From NCBI GenBank assembly GCA_051294375.1, contig CM119269.1, positions 3,204,026 through 3,268,025 on the forward strand: a stretch of DNA of 64,000 nt. The letters are read 5' to 3'. A program made the position numbers and the translations under genes. Every line of letters begins with the position of its first letter. Positions within the stretch are counted from its first letter, which is position 1. Below the pieces are notes generated by a model. It searched no databases. It had not been told where the DNA came from and was given only the letters and a program-made list of their open reading frames with translations. Origin of the DNA: Paraspadella gotoi. Lineage: Eukaryota; Animalia; Chaetognatha. Below, one piece after another: positions 1-14,658 of the stretch.

Positions 1-1507
1 GGTCGTCGTCGTCGTCCTCGTCGTCGCTGCCACTCATCCCCGAAATGAATTAACACAAAATCCGTTCCTCTTTGGATGAACTGATTTACATTTAGAATTT
101 AAACTCTTCGTCGCCCTGTCGAAAATATATTCAGTTGGCTTTTATAGTATCCATTTAAAAAAAATGATGGCCTATTTAGCACCATTTCCTACCCGCTTTT
201 TCTTTGTACCCGCGTAGGCCGCATTCTTGTGGCCCTTATGGCCGCTTTGAGGCCCCATAATAGGCCACTTTAGAGCCTCCCTCGGCCTGATTTCATTCCT
301 CAACGCCTCGAGGGCATAAGTTTCCTTTCGATTTTCTTTAAATCAATCGATCGATCAATCAAAAAAATCTCTCGTCGTTTTGACGCTAAATGGCAACAAA
401 CGTTTAAAAAGAGAGAAAATCTGACTTTAGGAGAGAGAGAGAGAGNNNNNNNNNNNNNNNNNNNNNNNNNNNNNNNNNNNNNNNNNNNNNNNNNNNNNNN
501 NNNNNNNNNNNNNNNNNNNNNNNNNNNNNNNNNNNNNNNNNNNNNNNNNNNNNNNNNNNNNNNNNNNNNNNNNNNNNNNNNNNNNNNNNNNNNNNNNNNN
601 NNNNNNNNNNNNNNNNNNNNNNNNNNNNNNNNNNNNNNNNNNNNNNNNNNNNNNNNNNNNNNNNNNNNNNNNNNNNNNNNNNNNNNNNNNNNNNNNNNNN
701 NNNNNNNNNNNNNNNNNNNNNNNNNNNNNNNNNNNNNNNNNNNNNNNNNNNNNNNNNNNNCGCCCGCGCAAATTAGCGACGATTAAGCGATCGGAAAAAA
801 ACTCGCGGTAGAAAAAAGGTAAGTTTGAACGAGAGCCTGAAAAGGTAGGCGACCAACCCACCCCCACCCCAAAAAAAAAGAGAAGGAGTCGGATTGACTT
901 ATGCCTGGGAAAGGAATCGAGAGACAGGATAACGAGTTTTCTCATTCAAGAATCCGAGTTAATCGACGAGACTAATTTGTCCATTAAACGATCGTCAACT
1001 CATTTTCTTCTTTTTTTTTTTGGTTGGTGCGGATTGCTCGCCGCTTGTTTTAAACCTTGATTAAATTCATTAGGTTTAATAGCAATTTCGGTGCTTATTG
1101 ACGAATCTGGTGGTTGTTGACGACTGTTGAGATGTGAGTTTTGCTATGATTTACCATGCCTTCAACCGTTTTTGCTCCTTGAATATTTTCGTTCTCAGAT
1201 CGAAACGAGTTTTCCTAATAATGAACTCTGGGATGTTCTATTTTTAGCATCGAACACTTGGCACTGATTAAGAGCAGTTTCTTTTTAACCCTTATTAAAA
1301 GCCGTTTCCGACGCTTTTACTCTAGAGCGCCAACGGTTAAAAGTTGTTTACCCTCATAATTTTTCTTTTTGCTCTTTTTTTTTTTACTCCCAGAATTTCT
1401 ACTTTCTCCCGTTGCCAGATGTTGAGCAGAAATCTTTGATTTACCGCGGGGAACAATTTTTTATTTTTTACGCCTTCTAACGCCGCCTCAACCCCCGTTC
1501 TTTTTCA

Positions 1508-1540
<33 letters not shown>

Positions 1541-1629
1541 NNNNNNNNNNNNNNNNNNNNNNNNNNNNNNNNNNNNNNNNNNNNNNNNNNNNNNNNNNNN
1601 NNNNNNNNNNNNNNNNNNNNNNNNNNNNN

Positions 1630-1664
<35 letters not shown>

Positions 1665-3091
1665 TTCGTCTTTCGTTATTAACGTCTTTCTTTCTTTATT
1701 TCTTTCTTTCTTTTTTTCTTTCTTTCTTTCTCTCTCTATTTCTCTCTATCTTTCTTTCTTTTTTTTCTCTTCTTTCTGTCTTCAACAAAGAAAATCCCAC
1801 TTTCCCTTTTTGAACTTTGAAACGAAACTTGAAATAGACGATGACAAAACTTTGTTGTTCTTTCCTTTCGAGAACAGATGAACCGACGGAACAAAAACGA
1901 CGAACGAAAATGACGGAATAAAACGAAGAACAAAAGAACAACAAAGAACTTCAATCGTCGCCCACCGACGTCGCAGGTGTGGCCTCGTCATCCTCGTCAA
2001 CCACCCCAGAGTGTGTCCCTCTTNNNNNNNNNNNNNNNNNNNNNNNNNNNNNNNNNNNNNNNNNNNNNNNNNNNNNNNNNNNNNNNNNNNNNNNNNNNNN
2101 NNNNNNNNNNNNNNNNNNNNNNNNNNNNNNNNNNNNNNNNNNNNNNNNNNNNNNNNNNNNNNNNNNNNNNNNNNNNNNNNNNATCTCCTCTTATCTCGCT
2201 CTCCCTACGACTCTCGCTTCTCTTTCTTTTTCTCTCATCCTCTCTTTCCCTCTCTCTCTCTGTTTGACTTCTTTACCTCTCTCACTTACTTCACTTCCCT
2301 TCCTCATGGAGAATCAGACAACAAGAGTTTCACACAAAAATGCAAAGAACCCCCTAGGATTTGCCGGCAGCAAAAAANNNNNNNNNNNNNNNNNNNNNNN
2401 NNNNNNNNNNNNNNNNNNNNNNNNNNNNNNNNNNNNNNNNNNNNNNNNNNNNNNNNNNNNNNNNNNNNNNNNNNNNNNNNNNNNNNNNNNNNNNNNNNNN
2501 NNNNNNNNNNNNNNNNNNNNNCTCTCTCTCTCTCTCTCTCTGGCGATTTCTAGACACCTGCTACTATTTGAGAGAAATAAAAACACAATTTTTTAGAATG
2601 AAAATGTTTTTCCAGTCTCATTGGGACTTTTCTGTTTATTCTAAGCTTGATAGAGACCCTAAATTTAAACCTCTGCTTCGATTGTTTTTTTAGGTAATTA
2701 TTCGACTTTTTTTGATAAAAACGGAGATGGTATGTAATTGTATGAAATTGGTACAACCAATATAAAAATTATTAGAAGAAGTTTGAATTAATTTTACAAC
2801 GATTTTTTTGTATCAAAACGAACATGTTTCGGCTCACATTCAAACCTTCATCAGAGTCAATTCGGTTTTTGTTGTTGTATGTTTAAATTTATTGAGGTGT
2901 AAGGTCGCAAGTTGTAAATTTTAAAACAAATTTTCAAGTTTAACTTTTTACTTAATCTTAGAATATTTACCATTGGTACTAAAAATTGTTAAGTTGAGAA
3001 ATGAAAAATGTTTTTAGGTATAACTTTCGCTTCAAACGTGACTCATTTTTGAAAAGTATTGTTTTGAAAGATATTAAATTTAGACAGAAGC

Positions 3092-3139
<48 letters not shown>

Positions 3140-4079
3140 GAGACTTTAACCAAAACGGAGATGGGAGGCGTCGCAATTTTAAAGTTCTGTCTTTTTTTCC
3201 GCTGAAATTTAATTATAAAACTTATCGAAAAATTCGCTAAGATTTTTTTCCTTCGTGTGCCGTCGTACTGAGAGATCTACCGGAACGCCACCTAACGTTG
3301 GCGACGACGTTGACGAGGACGACGACTACCACAGTGACAACGATGATACCGCTGATAATGATAATGACATTAATGTCACCGGGATGACAAAGGTGACCGC
3401 GAAAGACGTCGAAGATTTCATCGGCGACAATTACGACTCTGAAGTCGGACGGGAAAATGTATAAGCTAAGGACTCGCGTTACTATTATGGTGGACTAAAA
3501 ATCCACCAACCGTTCCAACCTATCATCTAATTCAAACGGCTCATTGCCCGTTACTCCCCCTCCCCCCCTTCGCAAGAAAAACAATTACAAATTACGACCT
3601 TCAAATAATATAACGAGCGATTGTTGAGTCCGGGGAAAAAAAAACTTTATTACTTAATTTTTATTCTGATATTTTTATTGCCTTTCGCGAAAGATAATCT
3701 TTTATCTCGTATATTATCTACCGGAAGTCGACTCATTTCTATTTTACTACCTTTTTTAATCTTTTAACTTAATAAAAAAGCGGGAATAATAATAATTTTT
3801 CTCCTCTATCTCTCTCTCTCTCTCTCGCATTCCAAACTGAAAAAAGACGATAATATTTCATTTAAAAAAACTTTTTTTTTCTCCTCGGAAGACGAAGAAG
3901 ATCCGTTTTTGGTTCAAAACGTTTGCTATAAATTTAGATTAACGATTTGATATTTTGATTTATATTCTCGTTCATCGATTATTTTAATGTTTGTTTTCTA
4001 ATCATTTTTAATCGTTATCTTTAACTTAATTGCTCATCCTGTTCCGCTTCGTATTTCTCCTCCTTCGGCGGCGATCTCG

Positions 4080-4570
4080 CTCCTCCGACCCATCCGAGGT
4101 TTCCTACTTCCTCCCCTTCTTCCTCCGACCAATCAGAGGTTTCCTACATCCTCCCTNNNNNNNNNNNNNNNNNNNNNNNNNNNNNNNNNNNNNNNNNNNN
4201 NNNNNNNNNNNNNNNNNNNNNNNNNNNNNNNNNNNNNNNNNNNNNNNNNNNNNNNNNNNNNNNNNNNNNNNNNNNNNNNNNNNNNNNNNNNNNNNNNNNN
4301 NNNNNNNNNNNNNNNNNNNNNNNNNNNNNNNNNNNNNNNNNNNNNNNNNNNNNNNNNNNNNNNNNNNNNNNNNNNNNNNNNNNNNNNNNNNNNNNNNNNN
4401 NNTCTTCCTCCGACCCATCCGAGGTTTCCTACCTCCTACCCTTATTCCTCTGACTCATCTAAGGTTCCCTACCTCCTCTTATTCCTCTGACCCATCCAAG
4501 GTTTCCTACCTCCTCCTCCTATTCCTCCGACCCATCCGAGGTTTCCTACCTCCTCCCCTTATTCCTCCTT
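4080..4570. repeat. ~40-bp minisatellite (ttcctccgacccatccgaggtttcctacctcct.ccctta) spanning an N-gap
   Basis: Units visible at ~4081, 4120, 4405, 4445, 4482 and 4522. Confidence 0.85.
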
Positions 4571-5190
4571 TGACTTTTCCTTCATACCAATCGTCGGCTT
4601 TATTTCCTTCTACCCTTCATTCTCTTCATACTCTTCGTCCTACCAATAAACGGTTTTTATATCTCAAGTCTCTTTTTTTCAATTTTCTTGCTAATATCAA
4701 ACATTCATTCTTCATTCGGTCAATAAATATATAGTTTTTTATCATTTTTAAAACATTAGCTTTTTATTTTACTGCATTCCACTGTATTTTAATCTATATT
4801 ATGTTCTTCTGGTTTATCAATCTTACTTGAACATTCATTTTTCCAAATTATCGTGAAATACCTTCTTCCCTCCTACCTTTCNNNNNNNNNNNNNNNNNNN
4901 NNNNNNNNNNNNNNNNNNNNNNNNNNNNNNNNNNNNNNNNNNNNNNNNNNNNNNNNNNNNNNNNNNNNNNNNNNNNNNNNNNNNNNNNNNNNNNNNNNNN
5001 NNNNNNNNNNNNNNNNNNNNNNNNNNNNNNNNNNNNNNNNNNNNNNNNNNNNNNNNNNNNNNNNNNNNAAAAAAAAAGCGTCTGGCCGAAAACAGTAGGA
5101 CGCGGGTGTAACCGAAATTGCGCGATTTTCTAGATCCGATATATCATCGTTTTTGATAATAAAGCGAAAGTTTGTTTTCGAAAATTTGCG

Positions 5191-5250
5191 ATTGGAGAAT
5201 GGTCTCGCGAGAATTACGCGGGCGGACGGGAATCGTCAGTATATATAAAG
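5191..5250 (+). promoter_or_regulatory. Candidate Pol II promoter cluster: reverse CCAAT, TCTCGCGAGA palindrome, GC box, TATA
   Basis: ATTGG 5191-5195, TCTCGCGAGA 5203-5212, GGGCGG 5220-5225, TATATAAAG 5242-5250. No transcript evidence. Confidence 0.3.
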
Positions 5251-7026
5251 GGTTGTCTTTGGAAAAAAAGCTAATTGCTAATGATGTCTAATGTTAAACG
5301 TAGTATTGATAATAGTAACAGTAATAATTAGCGTCTTTGTTGTGGCTTTCTTGGAAAAAGTTTACCTCGATGCTTCGATACTTACCTTGACTCGATTCTT
5401 AATCTCCCTTTTTAATACTTTACTAATTATCTATTCTGGCTTTGGAAAAAAAACACTCGGAAATCGCTCGTACAACTCAGCTATTCGCCACTTGGCGACG
5501 ATTAGCGCTCGAGAGAGAGAGAGAATTTTCGAGGAGCTCCTCTTTACGACTGGATCTTTATCAAACATTTTGTTCAAAGATACTTTAATGGGAGAAGACG
5601 AGAGAGAGAGAGAGAGAGATTATTCATTATTGTCAAACCGCCTTCCCGCTAAAAAAAACCTTTTTTTTTTCTACTTTTCCTTATGCCCGTCAGCTTAATC
5701 ACGATAATGGCCCTTTTTGACTTTGGGCTCTGCCTCGGTTACACGGTCGGGCGACTTTCGAATTATACGATTCGTCTTTTTCTTCCTTTCGCCCGATTAT
5801 CTTTTCATCGCGCGAGAGAGACAGAGNNNNNNNNNNNNNNNNNNNNNNNNNNNNNNNNNNNNNNNNNNNNNNNNNNNNNNNNNNNNNNNNNNNNNNNNNN
5901 NNNNNNNNNNNNNNNNNNNNNNNNNNNNNNNNNNNNNNNNNNNNNNNNNNNNNNNNNNNNNNNNNNNNNNNNNNNNNNNNNNNNNNNNNNNNNNNNNNNN
6001 NNNNNNNNNNNNNNNNNNNNNNNNNNNNNNNNNNNNNNNNNNNCATGAATTTGATTGGTTTTTCTCTATCATTTCGAGTTTCCTTATTTGTGGAATTTTT
6101 CACGAACGAGTTTTCTGTTTTGCTGAATGTTTTCTGCCTCCATCTTATCTTTTCAAAATCTCAAGTTTCATTTAATGAGTCTCCCAAATATTAAATATAT
6201 TTAATATTTTCGAAGAATCCATCAATTTGATGTATCCACTTGTTTAATTTTCCGTCGCGGAATTTCTTATCTTAACTTCATCTTAAACTAAGCGGTCGCC
6301 TCATTTTCGAATCTATTTTTTTTACTGCGACAATTTGTGTTTTTTTTTAAACATTTAGTTCCTCAACTTATTTTCGTCTTTTTTAAAAANNNNNNNNNNN
6401 NNNNNNNNNNNNNNNNNNNNNNNNNNNNNNNNNNNNNNNNNNNNNNNNNNNNNNNNNNNNNNNNNNNNNNNNNNNNNNNNNNNNNNNNNNNNNNNNNNNN
6501 NNNNNNNNNNNNNNNNNNNNNNNNNNNNNNNNNNNNNNNNNNNNNNNNNNNNNNNNNNNNNNNNNNNNNNNNNNNNNNNNNNNNNNNNNNNNNNNNNNNN
6601 NNNNNNNNNNNNNNNNNNNNNNNNAAAAAAAAAAAAAAATAATAAAAAACTAACCTTAAAATTTTAACTTTCTTCGGTTCAAGATAACAAAGTTTTTTTG
6701 TTAAAACATTCCAACTTTCTTTCGGGCGACGAAATCAGTGACGAGAGGAGAAATCAAAATTTCAGTCTTGGAGGACGTCGCCATTTTTTTTTGGGACGAA
6801 TCAGATCAAAATCTTTAAAAAAAAGGAACTTAAAAGCGAAATTCAATTTTTTTCTTTTTTTTAAGCGGATTACTTTTTTTTTACCGGCGCTTTTAAAATG
6901 TATAACGACCGATCGGGAAAGAAAAAAAACTAGGAAGAGACAATGCGGCTTCTGTTTACGACGACTTTGTTTACTTCTCGTTTTTTTAAGGTTTACCTTA
7001 GTTAGTTTGTTTTTTCTTTGTGAACG

Positions 7027-7104
<78 letters not shown>

Positions 7105-7789
7105 TCTAGTTTTAAATTTCTTTCGCAGAAGTTTGTCTTGTCGGGATTCTTTAAAAGTCACAGCTGACTTCACTGCTGAATTATATCTACGAAAAAAAAG
7201 GAGCAAAGCCATTTGAACCAAAGACGCTCTCCCTTTGTCAGCTTTGTCATCGTCGCTGTCATTGTTTATTAAATTCATCCCAAATTCGAAAAGGTCGATT
7301 ATATTCCACATAGTTAACGAGAGCCTCGTCATTATCTGTGTCTAGATTGTCGTCGTCGTTTTCGTCGTCGTCTCCGTCATCGTCGTCGTCGTCGATGTCA
7401 TTCGCATTTGAAGGAATTAATTAATCGTCGAACGTTTATGCTAATTTGAGGCCGAGGATCGAATCCACCCCCCCCCACCTCCCCCTTAAAAAGAATTTTG
7501 ATGAATTACTTTCCGTCCCGCGTTTCAACTCTTATTTCTTTTCCCAGACGATAATAATTTCGAATCCCTCTTCTCACGTAAACGGACAAGTCTTACAAAT
7601 TTTTTGGTTTCGAAAACTCGTCCCGCCCAAGATAAATTCCTTTCTTACACTTCCGCCCTGTCTCACAAAATTAGTTTTCGCTCATTTTTCGCTGTTTAAA
7701 CCTTACCTTACAATAGGTTAACTCAACCTTTTTCACTAACCGACTAGAAACTACTTTCAAGAACTTAGACCTCCTTTAACGAATCGCAT

Positions 7790-8100
7790 CCAAATCAGAT
7801 TTGATCTAAATAAATAAAGAACACTTTGTGTCATGTGCATAAATCCTCTCTTCGATCTAAATACTCTCTCCTTCCTAACGAATTCGCCCTAAATCATACT
7901 CTAAAATGCAAATCAATCCCGATCTAAATCAAACTCTNNNNNNNNNNNNNNNNNNNNNNNAATCAAACTCTAAAATGCAAATCAATCTCAATCAAAATCA
8001 AACGCTAAATGCAAATCAATCTCGATCTAAATCAAAGTATAAATGAAAATCAATCCCGATCTAAATCAAACTCTAAAATGCAAATCACTCCCGATCTAAA
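7790..8100. repeat. ~35-bp minisatellite (ctaaatcaaactctaaaatgcaaatcaatcccgat)
   Basis: Repeated units on both sides of the gap at 7938-7960; one further unit at ~11500. Confidence 0.8.
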
Positions 8101-8467
8101 TTCAGTTTAATTCCTTCTCCAACCTTCAACATACTTATCTCCGCGAGGCACTAGCCCTACCCCTCCTCCTTCCTGCCTCCTCCTGATCCTTTCTGGGTCC
8201 CCTTTCCTTCTTCCGCTTCGTTTCATTCACGCACGAGCTTGATTCGCGACACCTTACCTTCTCGCCCCCGCCTTTTCCTCCTCCTCCTGCTCCTCCTCTC
8301 CTCCTCCTCCTTCTCCTCCTCCTCCTCCTCCATGTCGGCCCGTGATTTTAGGCGCCGATTTCAGAAAATCCAGTTTATTTAATTCAATTTTTATCTCCGC
8401 GATTCAGATTCTTCTTTTTTAATTTTCTTCCAGAATCTTTTTTTTTTTTGATAGTCTCAACGTCGAA

Positions 8468-8504
<37 letters not shown>

Positions 8505-9828
8505 TGGTGGTAATTGCGTAAATTGAAACTGAATATATTCGTCTCAACAAATTATAAAAGCCAGATTTGATTTTGTTTTTAATACTTTTATATCCTTCTA
8601 GAAAAAAATTTTTCCGGGGTTTTTTTCATTATTTTTTTACGTACGACACACCATGAGTTCCAGTCATGGTTGGGAGATTTATATCTGCCTCTGCCACGCG
8701 GGACGTCGGCTCCTAACTCATGATGACTTGGATGAACGACGACGACCGACTATGATGATGCATGGTGATGATGTTATGATAATGATCCTGACGATTATTT
8801 GTATAATTACAACAGTGAGGACGAAGGAGACGACGATACTGATATGATTATGATTTTATTTTGAGTTCATATGACTAGACATGATGATTGATAAATGATT
8901 TGAGTTCATCATGATAAGACAATGGATGATGATGATGATGATGATGTGACTGATAAATAATAATAATAATAATTAATAATACAATAATATAATAATAAAC
9001 TATAATAAAATAATAATAATTAGAATAATAATAATAATATATATATAATAATATAATAATGATGATGAATGATATTGATAAATCGGATGATTTGTTGATA
9101 TGATGATGATGATGATATGGATTACGAGGTACGACGACGGACGACGACGACGACGAGGGACGACGAACCAAAACCACGAAGTAATATCTCAACGAGGGAA
9201 CGCAGGACACAGGCAGAATGTAGCAAATGAGGATAAAATAGGATTACCCGATCCATGACTGTTGATGCGTCAGGACCGAGAGATAGACCAAAAAGGTAAG
9301 ACTCCAAACGGTGGCGTATCTGAATATCGGACGCGAGGGAGGATTAAGATAGAAAGTGAGACAGCGCAGTACGAGAGTTGCGAAAGATACCCAAACTAGA
9401 AAGGTGAGAGTGCACCCCGCTAAGAGAAAGCAGAGAGCGAGAGACAGTGCCGCACACCTGACCTAGCGAAACACACCGAAGAACTCACTCTCCTCCGATT
9501 CCTGATTATTTCCAAACTTTTCTCTCATCATTTTTTGCCTGAAGAAAAGAAAACGAAGAGAAAGAGAAATAATTAAAAGGAATAAAAAAAAAAAAAAAAA
9601 AAGAAAATCCTTTTTTTTTCTTCTTCGAGTTTCGAAATGAAATTTTACTCTGAAAATCTCGTCTTCTAGTTATTTTTCTGCGAATTTCTGCCAAATTCCT
9701 TTTTTTCTTAACTTTTGCCAAGAAAAAGAAAAGAAAATAAAAGAAGGAAGCCTCTCGACGAATTTTGAGACTTTTTGCGCAAACTTCTTTCCCCATCTAC
9801 AGAGCGTTCGCGGACTCCCACAATGTTC

Positions 9829-9875
<47 letters not shown>

Positions 9876-12800
9876 TTCCCGGGAGCGAGCAACAAATTCT
9901 CGCCGAAACCACAATAAAGATCAAGAGAGAAACAAAAATCATTGGATCGAAAAAGAAAAAAAAAGGGAATCGCGGTTTTCGGATTTTTTCGAGGAAAAAA
10001 AAAAGCGACGGAGATTCATTCACTTTGTGGTCGCGACTGACGGGAGGACGCGACGACGATGACGACGACAAAGACGACGACGACGAAGACGATGAGGATG
10101 ACGTCTGATGACAACGAGTACGACGATGACGAAGATGACAACAACGATGACGACGTCAATGACGAAGACGACGACAAAGAAGGTACAACGTTGACAAGGA
10201 TATTTTAAACTGACTAAAAATTTTTGACGAAAACAATAGCGGCCACATCGACGTAGAATGTGCTTTTTGTTTTAAACCCATCGTCGCCGGTTAAATTTAA
10301 GAACCCAAAGACGACAATCTCAGGATTATGAGGGCGACGACAATGAGGACGACGACGACGACGACGACAATGACGACGACGACGACGACGAAGATTTTTT
10401 TTCTCTCTTCAAAAATTCCCGGGGACTACGCGCAAAAATTTCGAGAAGAAAAACTCGATAACTTAGAGTTAGACCTAAATACTGATTTCTCCGAGGGAAA
10501 ATGTATTGAAAAAATTAAAGAAGGAAGAGAAAGGGGGAGAGAGAGAGAAAAAAAAACAAAGCCGGAAAGATAAGCTCATCCTGTTTTTATTACTACTCCG
10601 ATTAGCTGATATACCAAAGCCGTTTTAACTATGAAATTGATATTTAAAAAAAAAAAATTTTCCTTAAAATTAATATTTCACCGTAATTATTCAAAAAAAA
10701 AAAAAAAAGAAGAAAACTTTTGGACTGAATTTCGTCCCACGAGATTCCAGGGAAAAAAATATCGACGAAAATTGTTTTTGTTTAAATATATTTTTTTAAT
10801 ATCGTATGACACACAAAAAAAACGCGGTTCGATGCGTTTAAATTACGGCGTGGAGAGTGAGAGAGAACAAGGAGAGGAGTTGGGAGGGACACAGGCAGGC
10901 AGAGTGAGAGATAGGAAAACAAAAAATGACTCGCGAGTTCAAAGTCATTAAGGTTTTTTTTTTTCCCGAAGGATAATTTATGGGCATGCGCCGAGTTAAA
11001 TAATAAACACTATAGAAATCAAGAGGCAAAGAGAGACAGTAATAACGAGAGAGAGAGAGATGAGAGAGAGAGAAGAGAGAGAGAGAGAAGAGAGAGAGGA
11101 GAGAGAAGAGAGATGAGAGAGAGAGAGAGAGAAAGGCAGCGGGGAGATGGGTGAGAAAGGATAGGGAGAGAGAGAAGAAAATGGAAAAAGCAAGAAAACG
11201 AGACAGAGAGAGACCATAGTTTAATTTTCGGGAACTGGAGAGAGTGAGTTGAGAGAGCGGAGATATTTCTCACGCTCAGTCGCTTGCTCCTCGTCCCCCC
11301 ATTTTTTAAAAAATATGGGATCGGATCTTTTGTTGTTTATGATTCTCCCGACTGCCGACGTCGTCGCCCTACCCACTTCCATTTTATATTCCGTCCCAGG
11401 GCCAAATTATAAAAAAAAAGTTCACATTAAAAACTTGAAAAAAAAATATTATCAGGGAAAAATATCTGAAAAAAAAAGAAGTTTAAAAGAGAGAGCATAA
11501 TCCCGATCTAAATCAAACTCTAAAATGCATCATCGGCATCTAAATTCGCTAAATTCTATCTACATTTCAACATACCTAAAATTCTTCCCCTCCCCCAAAA
11601 CCCCTCCTCCTCCTCCTCCTCGCTCCTCCTCCTCCTTTCTGTCCTTTTCCTCTTCCGCCTTCTTTCACACCTTGTTCCGCGAACCACCGCTTCCTTCTCC
11701 CGCCTTTTCCTCCTCTGCTCCTCTCCTCTCTCCTTTCTTCCTTCTCCTCCTACTCCTCCTCTCCATGTCGGCCGTGATTTTAGGCGCCCGAATATCAGAA
11801 AATCCAGTTTATGTTAATTTCAATTTTTATCTCCGCGATTCGATTCTTCTTTTTAATTTTCTTCCAAGAATCTTTTTTTTTTGATAGTGCTAAAACGTGC
11901 GTCGTCGTGTCGTCGTCGTCGTGTCAACTTGCGGTAACATTGAAAACATTGAATTATATTCGACGTCAACAATTATAAAAGCCAAAAAGTTTGATTTTTT
12001 TTTCAAATAATTTTTATCATGCTTAGAAAAAAATTTTTCCGGCGGTTTGTTTTCATCTAATTTTTTTAGTACGAACACAATGAGTTCCAGTATGGTCTGG
12101 AGATTATATCTGTCTGCCACGCCGGGCCTCTCTAACTCCATGATGACTTGGATCGAACGCACCGAGCCGACCGACTATGATCGATGCCATGGTGATTGAA
12201 TGTTATGATGAATGATGCTGACGATTATTGTGTATAATTACGCATATTGAATATATACAGTGGAGGAACCGAAGGAGACGACGATACTGATAATGATTTA
12301 AATGATTTTTATTTTGAGTTCATAATGACTTAAGACATGATGATGATGAATGATGACTGATGATGATGATGATGATGAATGATGATGATGATTGGATGAA
12401 GATGATTAACGACCGTGACGACGAACGACGACGACGACTGCGACGACGAACGACGACGAACGACGACGAAACGCCAAAACCACGAAAAAGAATCACTCTC
12501 CTCCGATTGCCTGATTTATTTCCAAATACTTTTTCTTCAATCATTTTTTGGGCTGAAGAAAAGAAAACGAAAGAGAAAGAGAATAATTAAAAGGAATAAA
12601 AAAAAAAAAAGAAAGAAAAATCGCTTTTTTTCTTCTCGAGTTTCGAAATGAAATTTTACTTCTTGAAAAATCTCGTCTTCTAGTTATTTTTTCTGCAATT
12701 TCTGGCGCAAAATTCCTTTTTTTCTTAACTTTTGCCAATAAAAAAGAAAAGAAAATAAAAAGGAAGGAAGCCTCTATGACCGAATTTTGAGACTTTTTGC

Positions 12801-14148
12801 GCTAAACTTTTTCCCGGCCCATCTACAGACGTTCGCCGGGACTCCACAATGTTCAAAAATCTCTCTCTCTGCTCTCTCTTCTGCTATCTCAGTCTTTCTC
12901 TTCTCCTCTCTCTCTCCCTTCTTCCCTTCTCCCTCCTTTCTCGCTTTCCCCGGGAAGGGCGAGCAACAAATTCTCTCGCCGAAACACAATAATAGATCAG
13001 AAGAGACAACAAAAATATTGGATCGAAAAAGAAAAAAAAAAGGGGAATCGCGGTTTTCGGATTTTTTCGAGGAAAAAAAAAAGCGACGGGAGATTCATTC
13101 ACTTTGTGGTGGACTTAGAACGGGAGGACGCGACGACGATGACGAGCGACAAAGACGACGACGGGACGAAACGAGACGACGACGACCGAAGACGATGAAG
13201 GATGGACGTCTGAATGAACACTCGAGTACGACGATGACGAGATGAAACAACGATGACGACGTCAATGACGAAGCGACACGACAAAGAAGGTAACGTTGGA
13301 CAAAGGATATTTTTAAACTGACTTGTGTAAAAATTTTTTGACGAAAAACATAGGGCCACATCGACGTTAAGAATTGCCTTTTTGTTTTAAACCCTATCGT
13401 CGCGGTCTATCAATTAAGAACCCATAAGACGACAATCTCAGGATTATGAGGCGACGACAATGAGGACGAACGACGACGACGACGACATGACGACGACGAC
13501 GACGAAGATTTTTTTCTGCGTCTTCAAATTCCGCGCGGGACTACGCGGCAAAAAATTTCGAGAAGAAAAACTCGAATAACTTTAGAGTTAGAAGACCGTA
13601 AATACTGAATTTCTCGCAGGAAAATGTATTGAAAAAATTAAAGAAGAAGAGAAAGGGAAGAGAGAGAAAAAACAAAGCCGAAAGATAAGCTCATCTGTTT
13701 TTTATATACTCCGATAGTTGAATATACTCAAAGCGTTTTAAACTATGAATCTTGATATTTAATAAAAAAAAAGTTTTCCTTAAAATTAATATTTCCCGAA
13801 TTATTGCAAAAAAAAAAAAGAAGAAACTTTTGGACTGAATTTCGTCTCCACGAGATTCCAGGGAAAAAATATCGAACGAAAATTTTTTTGGTTTAAAATT
13901 ATATTTTTTTAATACGTAATGAACAAAAAAAAAACGCGGTTCGATGCGTTTAAATTACGGCGTGGAGAGTGAGAGAGAAAAGGGAGGGAGTTGGGAGGGA
14001 CACAGGCAGGCAAGTGAGAGATAGGAAAACAAAAAATGACTCGCGATTCAAAGTATATTAAGGTTTTTCTTTTTTCCCGAAGATAATTTTGGGCATGGCC
14101 GATTAAGATAAAATCACATAGAAATCAAGAGCAAAGAGAGACCGTAAT

Positions 14149-14213
<65 letters not shown>

Positions 14214-14590
14214 AGAGAGATGAGAGAGAGAGAGAGGAAAGGCAGGGGGAGATGGGTGAGAAAGGATAGGGAGAGGAGAGAAGAAAAGTCGAAAAAGCAA
14301 GAAAACGAGACAGAGAGAGACCAAGTTTAATTTTCGGGAACTGGGAGAGAGTGAGTTGAGAGGACGTGAGATATTTCTCCCGCCTCAGCGCCTTGCTCTC
14401 GTCCCCCATTTTTTATAAAAATATGGATCGGATCTTTGTTGGTTATGAGTTCTCCCGACTGCCGACGTCGCGCCCTACCCACTTCCATTTTATATTCGTC
14501 CCAGGCAAATTGATAAAAAAAAAGCTTCACATTAAACTTGCAAAAAAAAATATTATCAGGGAAAATATCTGAAAAAAAAAGAGTTTTTGA
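8051..14590. repeat. Direct tandem duplication of ~3.1-3.4 kb (copy 1 ~8051-11490, copy 2 ~11497-14590)
   Basis: Collinear matches throughout (ctccatgtcggcc.gtgattttaggcgcc at 8328/11761; ggttcgatgcgtttaaattacggcgtggagagtgagag at 10826/13938; both end in attatcagggaaaa.tatctgaaaaaaaa). The copies differ mostly by small indels. Confidence 0.9.
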
Positions 14591-14624
14591 CAGAAAAATT
14601 TTTTTTTCAAATTAGCAAATAATA

Positions 14625-14658
<34 letters not shown>

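Noticed and set aside
3255-3464. Short acidic ORF (DDVDEDDDY...)
   Set aside because: GTG start, GAC/GAT low complexity, no splice or domain support.
6698-7332. ORFs with LSLSLS/RERERE runs (many similar across the window, e.g. 27654-28558, 34510-34965, 57886-59449, 62773-63297)
   Set aside because: Translations of (CT)n/(GA)n/(CTTCT)n microsatellites or N-gaps.
8940-9480. Apparent unique insertion in copy 1 of the tandem duplication
   Set aside because: Garbled low-complexity sequence replacing a GAT/GAC tract; better explained as a low-quality read segment than as a mobile element.
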